NCBI GenBank assembly: GCA_964590575.1
Contig: CAZPWM010000018.1
Span: 1 to 43,904 of the forward strand
Direction of reading: 5' to 3'
DNA: 43,904 nucleotides
DNA from: an uncultured archaeon
GTDB lineage: Archaea; Asgardarchaeota; Thorarchaeia; Thorarchaeales; Thorarchaeaceae
Part shown: positions 9,464 through 18,132 of the stretch, piece after piece
How the letters are laid out: each line of letters opens with the position of its first letter
Position numbering within the stretch: the stretch's first letter is position 1
The notes under the pieces: model-generated
What the model saw: the letters and a program-made list of their open reading frames with translations, nothing else
Told to the model about the DNA's origin: nothing
Databases searched by the model: none
Made by a program: the position numbers and the translations under genes

Positions 9464-9913
9464 TTACATCTGAGGAATCATATTCATGACAATAGGAGCA
9501 TAGCCATGAGAGAACACCTCGACAACAAAAGGATCGCTGGCTTCAGCCACTTTTGTCCATGACCCATTGTCGCGGCGATAATAAGCCAACTGAGCGTTAC
9601 TGTAACGGATTTCAATTATTGACTTGGAAGGTATTCGGTCCAAGTCAGACACCTCAAGCGACCTATCCGTCTTGGATTCATCATCCTCAGGGTTAGACAG
9701 GAATACTGAGAATATATTACCAGCATCTGGAAGCAGTAATGCAACATGAGGACGGTCGACAGAGTTCCACCTCTTTGGAATAGGTGGATAACGACAAGTA
9801 AAGGCACCCGAAGCTGATCGAAGAACCAAATATGTACCCTCATCTATTGTCATTGAGTCATTAACCTCAAGCGTGCTTTGCGCCTGCTGTGGTATTCCTG
9901 TACTGATTGTCAC
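9464..9913 (-). CDS. Hypothetical protein
   Basis: 149-aa ORF filling the gap; minus-strand TATA-like GTTATATG upstream. Confidence 0.55.
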   Translation of the reverse strand: MTISTGIPQQAQSTLEVNDSMTIDEGTYLVLRSASGAFTCRYPPIPKRWNSVDRPHVALLLPDAGNIFSVFLSNPEDDESKTDRSLEVSDLDRIPSKSIIEIRYSNAQLAYYRRDNGSWTKVAEASDPFVVEVFSHGYAPIVMNMIPQM

Positions 9914-10127
9914 ATAGGATACTAACGTGAAAGCGCATATAACCTTCAGTTGAGTGCGTTTCAGAAATTATACCTGCTAGAGATGAAACAGAGCTTGACC
10001 AGAGGCCATTTCGCGCCTTCACTCCGAAGTAATATATTTGGAAATAGAAAAGCGAAGAAGATTACTAGAATCAAAAAATTAGGGGTGCTATCAGATTCAA
10101 CGACAACTTAACAAATGGCCATAAGTT

Positions 10128-10814
10128 TTATTCGCGTTCCCTCTCCTGCGTTGAAAGGACTGCTTCCAGAACTCCTTCCAAAGAAGGGAATACCTTGGCT
10201 GCACCAGCGTCATAGAGAACATCAGCGGCAGTTTCTCCTGTGGAAACTCCCCAAAACTCAATTCCAGCTCTTCTTGCAGCTGTGCCATCAATGAGTGCAT
10301 CGCCTATATAGACAGCTTCACTTGGTTGCACACCTAATTCAGATACAATTTTCAATAAACCATCCGGGAATGGTTTTGGTTGTGGAGACTCATGACGAGT
10401 CTGAATGAGATCAAAGTTCTCGTGGAGAGGTACTTGTTCCATGATTTTATCGAGAGCAGGTCTGCCATTATTGGTCAGGATGGCAGTTTTTAATCCAGCA
10501 GATCGAAGTTTTCTTACAATCTCAAGGGTTCCCTGAATTGGAGTTGCAGTGGCTGCAGCAAATCCTTCATGTTGGCTGAGTATAGCATCCACTTCAGCTT
10601 CCATCGAGTCCCATTTTTCCTGAGAAAGTCCATTATTCAGAAAGTATTTTTTTGCCTTGCTGGTTGAGCTGGATATTCCATCTGCAGGTTCGAAGATACC
10701 AGGAGGCAGTCCCCTTGAGATGTAATATTCTTTGGTGTCCCTTCTCATCGCCTCAAGAGGGAGAGTCAGATGAGTTATTGTCCCATCCATATCAAACACC
10801 AAGGCTTTGAGCAT
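10128..10814 (-). CDS. HAD-IA hydrolase, phosphoglycolate phosphatase-like
   Basis: MLKALVFDMDGT start, LTNN, PKPFP, YIGDALID. Confidence 0.88.
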   Translation of the reverse strand: MLKALVFDMDGTITHLTLPLEAMRRDTKEYYISRGLPPGIFEPADGISSSTSKAKKYFLNNGLSQEKWDSMEAEVDAILSQHEGFAAATATPIQGTLEIVRKLRSAGLKTAILTNNGRPALDKIMEQVPLHENFDLIQTRHESPQPKPFPDGLLKIVSELGVQPSEAVYIGDALIDGTAARRAGIEFWGVSTGETAADVLYDAGAAKVFPSLEGVLEAVLSTQERERE

Positions 10815-10881
10815 CAGTGGTCCACCCAGACAAGAGCAAATAAACCTGCTACTTAAGGATACCCTTGGGTTCATAGTTGGA

Positions 10882-11535
10882 TTAGACTGAAAGGTTCCTA
10901 ACGAAAGCACTAATGGTTGATACCACAATAGGAAGAGTTCTCTGATAGAAATGTCCTTCTCCTTCTAAGAGAATAGAATCTTCAGGTTTTGATCCAAGAA
11001 TCTCTGTCAAGTATGTTAGATCATCAGGGGGAATCATTCGATCAGACCGACCATGGAACAAGAGCACAGGACAATCAACGCTGGAAATCTGTTCAATATC
11101 AAACCCATCCTCTGAAATCAGGTTTGTTGATGCACTGAGAGATATGAGAAATGGAGGCGGCTGTAGCAAAGCTACTCGTATCGCTGCGGAGGCCCCGAAA
11201 GAGTAACCAGCAATACCGACCTTACTGATTTTTGTTCTGGATTTTAGAACCTCAATTGCGTTCAGGGCATCAGTGACAGCTCCACTAACACCTGAATATC
11301 CATGAGGAGATGTCGTCGCACCACGAAAATCGAATCGGAGTGTTGTGAATTGTGCTTCAAGAAAGACATGTTCAAGGGCACTGATAACATGATTCTTCAT
11401 GTCGCCTCCATAAAGTGGATGAGGATGTAGTATAACCACTCCCTTTTTTGTCGCAGACTCGCTATGCGTGAGAACTCCCTGCAGTGTATAACCATCAGAT
11501 GAGAATTCTACTGATTCTGATTTCAAGTGATTCAC
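10882..11535 (-). CDS. Alpha/beta hydrolase (HPHPxxGG family)
   Basis: HPHPLYGGDM, LRFDFRG, GYSFG nucleophile, HGRSD, GHFY. Confidence 0.88.
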   Translation of the reverse strand: MNHLKSESVEFSSDGYTLQGVLTHSESATKKGVVILHPHPLYGGDMKNHVISALEHVFLEAQFTTLRFDFRGATTSPHGYSGVSGAVTDALNAIEVLKSRTKISKVGIAGYSFGASAAIRVALLQPPPFLISLSASTNLISEDGFDIEQISSVDCPVLLFHGRSDRMIPPDDLTYLTEILGSKPEDSILLEGEGHFYQRTLPIVVSTISAFVRNLSV

Positions 11536-12038
11536 GCAACATCAGAAGACTTGTAGACTAATGCCTTTGTGCATGTCCGACTCATATCAGCCGGTCGGAC
11601 CAGATTCATTTTAACTCCTGGAGCAATCTTCTCAGCGACTGCACCCACGTAAGGTAAGCACGCAGAATCACAGTAAATCGTACCATGTTTCTTGAACTCA
11701 TCATATTGAGGACAATGTGGATGATTTGCAACAGCTCGATTTTCACTTTCCCATGTGACATCCATCTTTGAGCCCATTACATGACCGATTACGACCCAAG
11801 CATCGACTGAGTCGTTAAGAGTGTCACCTAAACCAAGACGCTCTTTCATTAGCAAGGCATCCTGCTCACCCAGACGCCTGAATATCTCAGCAACGGTTTC
11901 GAGACCCTCTGGTCCATAGCGTTCTTCCAAGACCAACGACATCTCGGTTATCAGACGCATCAAATTGCTTCGAAGTTCGCTAACTTTATTCCCAGCGGGG
12001 ATTAATCCTTTGACTGCTGCAGTCTTCATTATACCCAA
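11532..12038 (-). CDS. Hypothetical Cys-motif protein (V4R/ATC-hydrolase-like fold)
   Basis: LEERYG, HCPQY, YCDSAC and a C-terminal Cys; GGAGG 7 nt before TTG at 12038. Confidence 0.6.
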   Translation of the reverse strand: MGIMKTAAVKGLIPAGNKVSELRSNLMRLITEMSLVLEERYGPEGLETVAEIFRRLGEQDALLMKERLGLGDTLNDSVDAWVVIGHVMGSKMDVTWESENRAVANHPHCPQYDEFKKHGTIYCDSACLPYVGAVAEKIAPGVKMNLVRPADMSRTCTKALVYKSSDVA

Positions 12039-12177
12039 TTCAAGTCCTCCATAATCAAGTGTTTTCCTGTGCAGAACATTATTATCCAATAAATTAGTCT
12101 TCTTGTGGATTTCGCATGGCAGTAAAGGGATTATCTTAAAGGCTAATAATGTTGTAATTATTGAGGAGTGACTAGAA

Positions 12178-13200
12178 TTGCCAGATGTTAATATGACTGA
12201 CATGCGCAACATGGTGATGAATTTTCCAGATCTACTCACAACGGTCAAGATTAATCAAGACACCCAGGACGCTTGTGTCCGAACCGGAGATGAGGGATTG
12301 GGTGGAGTTATAATATTGGGGATGGGGGGAAGTGCTATTGCAGGAATCTATGTTCAAGCGATCCTCCGCGATTCTGCAGCAATACCAGTCTTGACAAATC
12401 GAGAGTATACATTACCTGTCTGTGTGGACTCTACTTGGGCCGCCATAGCAGTAAGTTATAGCGGAAACACAGAGGAAACCATAGCTGCGTATGATATAGC
12501 TACACAACGCGGTTGCCAAACCTTCGCTGTTGGTTCAGGGGGTGATCTCCTAGCTAAAGCAAGCAGTTTGAGCAGAATCAGAATTCCTGAAGGATACCAG
12601 CCACGTGCCGCGTTCCCGCTTATGTTTCCAGCAATTTTGAATCTAGTTGAGTGCTTGATGGGATTCGATCCAACCCGCCTTGACAAAATTAAAAGCTCAC
12701 TATCAAAGAAAGCAGCAAAATGGGAGGATCTATCACTGACACCCAAGATAATGGCTCAAGACCTAAAAGGAAGTATACCTCTATATATAGGTTCGAAGCA
12801 CCTCATTCCAGTCGCTTATAGAGCTAAATGTCAGATTAATGAAAATGCCAAGACAATGGCATTCTTCTCACAGATACCCGAATCCAATCATAACGAAATT
12901 GAGAGCTTCGTAGCTGAGAATGAATTCAATATACTACCAGTATTCCTACGCAGCTCGTACGAAGGAGAAAGAGTCAAGCAGAGAATGGACATCACTACGA
13001 CTCTATACGAAGAGGAAGGATACTCGCCAATTCGCCTAAGTATAGGAAGTTCAAATAGGACAGAAGAGATGTTGGCTTTAACATACTATCTAGATTTGGT
13101 TTCAGTGGAACTTGCTCACATTCGAGAAGTAAATCCTCTATCAGTAGAAAAAATTGCAAGACTCAAATCGAGCCTAAATAATTCGAATGAATCATCATAG
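12178..13200 (+). CDS. Bifunctional phosphoglucose/phosphomannose isomerase (SIS)
   Basis: GMGGSAI, SYSGNTEET, QPRAA, QINENAK, PESNHNEIE. Confidence 0.92.
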   Translation: MPDVNMTDMRNMVMNFPDLLTTVKINQDTQDACVRTGDEGLGGVIILGMGGSAIAGIYVQAILRDSAAIPVLTNREYTLPVCVDSTWAAIAVSYSGNTEETIAAYDIATQRGCQTFAVGSGGDLLAKASSLSRIRIPEGYQPRAAFPLMFPAILNLVECLMGFDPTRLDKIKSSLSKKAAKWEDLSLTPKIMAQDLKGSIPLYIGSKHLIPVAYRAKCQINENAKTMAFFSQIPESNHNEIESFVAENEFNILPVFLRSSYEGERVKQRMDITTTLYEEEGYSPIRLSIGSSNRTEEMLALTYYLDLVSVELAHIREVNPLSVEKIARLKSSLNNSNESS

Positions 13201-13737
13201 TATTGTGGTTGCACCAGTCCAGTTGAAGTATAGAATTCGATTTGAAACGCTTGTATCAAAAGTGATGAAGTCGTACCTAACGCGGATATACCAATTCCAA
13301 ATATCAGCGTCATATGCCTGAAGAATTGCAGCTCTATCAGCTTCAGAATTTGTGGTCTTTGCCAGTGTGAAATTAACATTGTAGCCAGGGTGCAATATTT
13401 TGTCTGCTGGATTGTTAAGGGCCCCTACAAGACTTGTGTAAGATAGAAGGTCATCGTTAAGCCAAGCAGTAGCACTCATAGACTCCAATCGGACATCACC
13501 TTCAGTTGTTGCATCTGTGCGAAAATTAAGAGAGAAGGAAAGACGCGGATAAATTGATTCATTTGTTGGATCTATATCACTTACAACGGCTTCCAAGAAA
13601 CTAACGTTCAATCGTGCAGCTAATTCAAAGCTACCACTATAGTATTGTGCATTGTTAACTAAGAAGAGCGAACTCACTGCGGTGAGAATAATAACAAACG
13701 AAACAATGACATTCTGAGAACGCACACTCGAAATCAT
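13195..13737 (-). CDS. Hypothetical N-terminally anchored beta-sandwich protein
   Basis: N-terminal TM followed by a beta-strand-rich domain with NxS/T sequons. Confidence 0.6.
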   Translation of the reverse strand: MISSVRSQNVIVSFVIILTAVSSLFLVNNAQYYSGSFELAARLNVSFLEAVVSDIDPTNESIYPRLSFSLNFRTDATTEGDVRLESMSATAWLNDDLLSYTSLVGALNNPADKILHPGYNVNFTLAKTTNSEADRAAILQAYDADIWNWYIRVRYDFITFDTSVSNRILYFNWTGATTIL

Positions 13738-13801
13738 CTCTATTCGAAATCGAAGTTGTTAAGGTATCTATATGTTCCTTTTGCTCCACGCACTGATCAC
13801 A

Positions 13802-14674
13802 TTAAACAAGAAAGGATAGTGATATTATATGAATGACCCAAGGAAATAGTGCCAATATTGCAGGAAGAGGTATTCCTGGAAGAATCTCATTTTCACGAGC
13901 AATTACTATCATGTTTATTGTGATTCCAACAATTGCTAATAGTACAGACATGGCCCAGACATGAAATGGGAAATACAGCAATGAATGCGCGGAAATCAGA
14001 GAAAATGCGATATAGTCCCCGACGCCGATAGCAGCAGTCTTTGACTGTATCCGGGTCAAATCGAAGGGATCCGCTCCTGGTGTATCTATTAATTGAGTGG
14101 AATTTGCTGCTGGAGAAAACCTCGTTAGGAAATAATCCTCGACGACAACCGAGATGACGAGAACAAACATACTTGCAGTGAGGAAAATCACTCCAAGAAA
14201 CGTTCCAAAAACACTTCCATAGAAAGCCACAAAGAAATTCCGGAGGTATGAGGGAATAGAGTCCATCATAATAAAAGCAAATGACATTAGAAGAACTCCT
14301 AAGGTGGCTAGAGATAAAATACTAGGCCAAATCGAGCCTGTTGCGCCCTTCAAGATTATGAGGAGTAAAGACTGGCCTAGAACGAAAAATGATACTGTCA
14401 AGAGTGGAGACACGACAAAAGAGACAATAGTTCGCCTTGTCCGTGGTCCACGTTTCTGAATTGTAAAGAAGAGAGCACCCACTACCAATGTGCCTAATCC
14501 TGTTGAAACAATGGCTTGAACTACTATTTCTGTTAGCGAGAATGGCTGTGAATAGCGATCTAGAAAATCACCGAGTCCTCCTGAAGTGAGAATTAATGCA
14601 ACAAGTCCAGCACCAATAAGAAGGGGAATAATAGAAATTAGAATCAGTTCAAGTCGTTGTCTGTCAAGTTGCAT
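13802..14674 (-). CDS. Presenilin/SPP-like GxGD intramembrane aspartyl protease
   Basis: About 9 TM; VVEDY (first Asp), IGVGDY (GxGD), LPGIP (PAL-like motif). Confidence 0.75.
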   Translation of the reverse strand: MQLDRQRLELILISIIPLLIGAGLVALILTSGGLGDFLDRYSQPFSLTEIVVQAIVSTGLGTLVVGALFFTIQKRGPRTRRTIVSFVVSPLLTVSFFVLGQSLLLIILKGATGSIWPSILSLATLGVLLMSFAFIMMDSIPSYLRNFFVAFYGSVFGTFLGVIFLTASMFVLVISVVVEDYFLTRFSPAANSTQLIDTPGADPFDLTRIQSKTAAIGVGDYIAFSLISAHSLLYFPFHVWAMSVLLAIVGITINMIVIARENEILPGIPLPAILALFPWVIHIISLSFLV

Positions 14675-14779
14675 TTGAGAATCCCTTGACTTCTAACTTT
14701 ATCTTTGTATTAAAGGAACTCTCTTTCGCGCAATTTCTACTTTAATGAAAGAACTTGTATCATCTGGCTTGATAATATT

Positions 14780-14814
14780 GAAAAAATAAGAGGGAAGGGG
14801 ACAAACTGTCCCCT
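14780..14814 (-). terminator. Hairpin plus U-rich terminator after the SBP gene
   Basis: AGGGGACA-GTT-TGTCCCCT followed by TCCCTCTTATTTTTT. Confidence 0.6.
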
Positions 14815-14824
14815 AAAATATAAA

Positions 14825-16702
14825 CTATTTCTGTCTGAGCAGTACGAATCCACCGACAAGAATTACAACTGCAGCACCTACAGCACCAGCAACGATTGCT
14901 AGTGTAGGATCGAATCCTTGTGTTGTAGTAGTTGTAGTTGTAGTTGTAGTTGTAGTCGTGGCAAATCGATCCGCAGGTATGTAAGCCCACATTGGATCGA
15001 CTACAAGCTCGTAGAAGTCACCACTTTGCAGATCATTAAACTTGAATGGACCACAAGTGACAAACGGATCTTCAGGATTAATCCCTGGGTTCCAAGAGGC
15101 CCATCCCTCGTAACCGATACCAGCACCAGGCTCGAAGACGTGCTTGGGGATGATGTAGTTGTACATGGCTTGGCCAAAGTTCCAGTAGCTCTCTATCCCA
15201 AACTCGACAACGCAGCGGTACGTTGATGGAGCGATTGCAGATATCAGATTAGATGCCATTAAGCTAGCACTACTAGGATTACCTAATGGAGCAGTTTCCA
15301 ATAGATAAGTGAATGTGAATGCAACATCTTCAGCAGTGAGCTTAACACCATCACTCCAGGTCGCGTTCTGGATGATGTCAATAGTGTACCTTTGGTGTCC
15401 TGCGGGCACAGCTGGATCGGTCGCATGGGTATCCATAGTATAACTCTCTGCCAAGACTGGGTATGCTTGCAAGTTAGGACCGTTGTCGTACAAAGCTGAC
15501 CACATACAAGCGAGAATATTATGCGAGTACCCTGAAGTCGAACTGAATACATTGAAGCTGTCTGGCTCCTGGCCAATTCTAACTGACAATGTGCCGCCAT
15601 AAGTGCCATCTAGCTTCTTGACATGTTGAATGTTCCACTTACCATTAAGGTACCTACCTTGGTCAACAACAAACCCCGTGAACTTGTCGGTTCTATAACC
15701 TTGGAGGTAAAAGTTCTCATAGGCGATTAATACTGGCACCTCGTATTGCAATGCCAACTGGAGTTCGGCAGATGCGGCATAGGCTGCGGCGTAATCTTTT
15801 GCGGTAATGAGATCAGCAAGAAAACCATCTATGGTTTCGTTCCTAAAGTTTGCACGATTCTGATAGTCTTGATCTGCGTATGCAGAGCCAAACATTCTAT
15901 CCAAATAGTCTACGTCCGAGCCAGTGAAGCTGGTGGCGAAGAAGACCATATCATAGTCGCCATGAGTGTTCAGGTTTGCAAGGTATGTATTGAAGTCAGC
16001 CTGGTTTGTGTTAGCTTGAAAGTGCAGTGCCCGGAGAGCATCAACACCTATTTGGGCAGTACCGCCAGCAATCGCAATTGATGATGGTGAGAAAGCGATT
16101 TCGATGTCGATTGGATTGCCGTTCGGGTCAGTGCGGTATCCAGTAACAGGATCGAACCCGAACCCTGATTGGTTCAATAACAGGTTACCTTGGTAAGCCT
16201 CATCGTTGTAGTAATGGTACGGAAAGTCCTCTTCAATGCAGAATAATACCTTTGTCGCGGGTACCAATGAGTCATGCAATTGGCTTAAGCTTTCGAAGAG
16301 CTCTGTTTGAACTCTGGTCTTGTCAAATGCCATGGCAAAGGCCCTGCGAAAGGCAGTCCAGTTGAAGGGAGCTTTTTCACAGTTCATATAGATATGGCCG
16401 AACCCGTTACGGAGTACATTTTGACTTACTTGAATACTGGGATCCGCGGTAAAGATGGGGATGGTTGGTGGTTCAATGAAACTATCATGTAGGTCAACTG
16501 CCCCACTCTGCATCGCGAGTATCATATTGTCCTCTGTGCTTATCACCTTGAACACAACTTTGTCAATATTTGGACCTACATTCAGTCGGTCCAGGGTGAC
16601 TACTGGTGCCGCCGCATCGCTAAATACAGGCGAGATCACCATAAAGAGAAAAGTTGTGACGAGAGTGATAGCTAGAAGACGATTTCTTTTACTAAATTTC
16701 AT
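14825..16702 (-). CDS. Family 5 peptide ABC substrate-binding protein, circularly permuted, with Thr linker and C-terminal TM anchor
   Basis: Signal peptide; IDKVVFKVI...PFNWTAFRRAFAMAFD; GGTLSVRIGQEPDSFN; ATWSDGVKLTAEDVAFT; poly-Thr; TM ending RQK. Confidence 0.9.
   Translation of the reverse strand: MKFSKRNRLLAITLVTTFLFMVISPVFSDAAAPVVTLDRLNVGPNIDKVVFKVISTEDNMILAMQSGAVDLHDSFIEPPTIPIFTADPSIQVSQNVLRNGFGHIYMNCEKAPFNWTAFRRAFAMAFDKTRVQTELFESLSQLHDSLVPATKVLFCIEEDFPYHYYNDEAYQGNLLLNQSGFGFDPVTGYRTDPNGNPIDIEIAFSPSSIAIAGGTAQIGVDALRALHFQANTNQADFNTYLANLNTHGDYDMVFFATSFTGSDVDYLDRMFGSAYADQDYQNRANFRNETIDGFLADLITAKDYAAAYAASAELQLALQYEVPVLIAYENFYLQGYRTDKFTGFVVDQGRYLNGKWNIQHVKKLDGTYGGTLSVRIGQEPDSFNVFSSTSGYSHNILACMWSALYDNGPNLQAYPVLAESYTMDTHATDPAVPAGHQRYTIDIIQNATWSDGVKLTAEDVAFTFTYLLETAPLGNPSSASLMASNLISAIAPSTYRCVVEFGIESYWNFGQAMYNYIIPKHVFEPGAGIGYEGWASWNPGINPEDPFVTCGPFKFNDLQSGDFYELVVDPMWAYIPADRFATTTTTTTTTTTTTQGFDPTLAIVAGAVGAAVVILVGGFVLLRQK
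14920..14961 (-). repeat. (ACAACT)n repeat encoding a poly-Thr linker
   Basis: GTTGTA tandem units on the plus strand; 14 consecutive Thr. Confidence 0.85.
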
Positions 16703-16771
16703 ATTCTCTCTATCTCCTTTCTATTCCGAGTCGAATTCGGATGCCGTTCAAGTGTTAGAGATAGATAAAAG

Positions 16772-16790
16772 GGTTACGTATGTCGTAACC
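16772..16790. promoter_or_regulatory. Palindromic operator candidate upstream of the SBP promoter
   Basis: GGTTACG-N5-CGTAACC abutting a minus-strand TATA-like CTTTTATCTA. Confidence 0.45.
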
Positions 16791-16865
16791 GTTGTGTACG
16801 AGAGTGCACACACTTGAAATTCAAAACTAAGGTCTAGATGATTCGGTCATTTGTTCAATAATTCT

Positions 16866-16898
16866 GAAAAAGAAAAGAAAGGGGAGTGTGTAACTCCC
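16866..16898 (-). terminator. Hairpin plus U-rich terminator after the dppB-like gene
   Basis: GGGAGT-N5-ACTCCC followed by CTTTCTTTTCTTTTT. Confidence 0.55.
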
Positions 16899-16905
16899 TC
16901 AAAAA

Positions 16906-17982
16906 TCACGCGTACTTGATTCGTGGGTCGAGCACACCATAGAGTAAATCCGCTACAAAGTTCGCCAAGATGGCGGTGATTGCGATTATCATGAAGATTG
17001 CCTGAACCACAGGGTAATCTAGTCCAATCAGGCTCCCAAAGATGAAACTTCCCAACCCCCGCCATGTAAAGACAGTTTCTGTCAGTACAGCTCCGCTTAT
17101 CAGGAAACCAAAGGTCAGTGCAATGACGGTAACCATTGGCAACATCGCATTTTTCATCCCATGTTTGTAGAGTACTTGGTTCTCGTCCAGACCCTTTGCC
17201 CGTGCTGTCAGGATATAGTCTTCAGTCATAACATCTATGAGATTGTTTCGCATATAGAGGAAATAGCCACCATAACCGCCAACTCCCAAAGTAATCATGG
17301 GCAGGAATAGATGATGAAGCACATCACCAGCTACCATTAAGGCACCGAATGGACTTGTCCTTGCAACATCCCAGACCTCATAACTGATAGTTCCAAACTG
17401 CGGGAATCCAATTGTAATGCCAAATGTAGCCTGAGTCCACACGGGGAGCATATAACCAAAAATCATGAGAAGCATCATACCTAACCAAAAGATTGGTAGG
17501 GCGTAGGTGAACAGAGCCACAGTGACTGCACCAACGTCTTTCTTTGAACCCGGATCAGAAGCCACCTTGACACCAGTCCAGATACCAAGAAGAATCGCAA
17601 CCATCGAGGATGAACCCATCAACAGAAGTGTGTTGGGTAGACGATCGACGATTGAGTCCATCACTGGCTGCTTGGTCAGAAATGAAACTCCAAAATTACC
17701 AGTGAACATGCTGACGACGTAGCGCCAGAACATATAGATCCAATCAAATATGTCAGGATGCATTACAAGTCCGAAATTAGCATACATCTGCTCCAACAAG
17801 TCTTGTGTCAAGTGTGAACGAAGATCATCGCTTATCATCAGACTGATTGGATCCGCCCCAAAGAAGAAGGTCGGGAGTCTGAATAGGAAGAAGTTGAAGC
17901 ACACGACAGCTACTACCAGGAGGAACATGTAGATGCTACGCCTTATAACATACTCACGAAGTCCCATTTTTTGAAACCCCAT
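16906..17982 (-). CDS. dppB: Peptide ABC transporter permease (DppB/OppB)
   Basis: RLPNTL, LPIFWLG, EDYILTARAKGL, LTETVFTWRGLG, DYPVVQA, LDPRI. Confidence 0.93.
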   Translation of the reverse strand: MGFQKMGLREYVIRRSIYMFLLVVAVVCFNFFLFRLPTFFFGADPISLMISDDLRSHLTQDLLEQMYANFGLVMHPDIFDWIYMFWRYVVSMFTGNFGVSFLTKQPVMDSIVDRLPNTLLLMGSSSMVAILLGIWTGVKVASDPGSKKDVGAVTVALFTYALPIFWLGMMLLMIFGYMLPVWTQATFGITIGFPQFGTISYEVWDVARTSPFGALMVAGDVLHHLFLPMITLGVGGYGGYFLYMRNNLIDVMTEDYILTARAKGLDENQVLYKHGMKNAMLPMVTVIALTFGFLISGAVLTETVFTWRGLGSFIFGSLIGLDYPVVQAIFMIIAITAILANFVADLLYGVLDPRIKYA

Positions 17983-18132
17983 TACTGATACTACATAGTG
18001 ACGCTAAGTACTATAATATGTTGTGAGTGGCTCAGTGACTTATAAAAGTAGTGTTCAAGGCGGACGAATGGAAGAAGAGTGAGGGGAGAGAGATGGAAAT
18101 CTCCACTCTCCGATACCCCACCCCAGAGTCTA

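Noticed and set aside
14840-14920. QGF before the C-terminal TM as a PGF-CTERM archaeosortase signal
   Set aside because: Lacks the Pro and no archaeosortase is in the window; a plain TM anchor suffices
14920-14961. Tandem hexamer repeat as a CRISPR or contingency locus
   Set aside because: No spacers; explained by the in-frame poly-Thr linker
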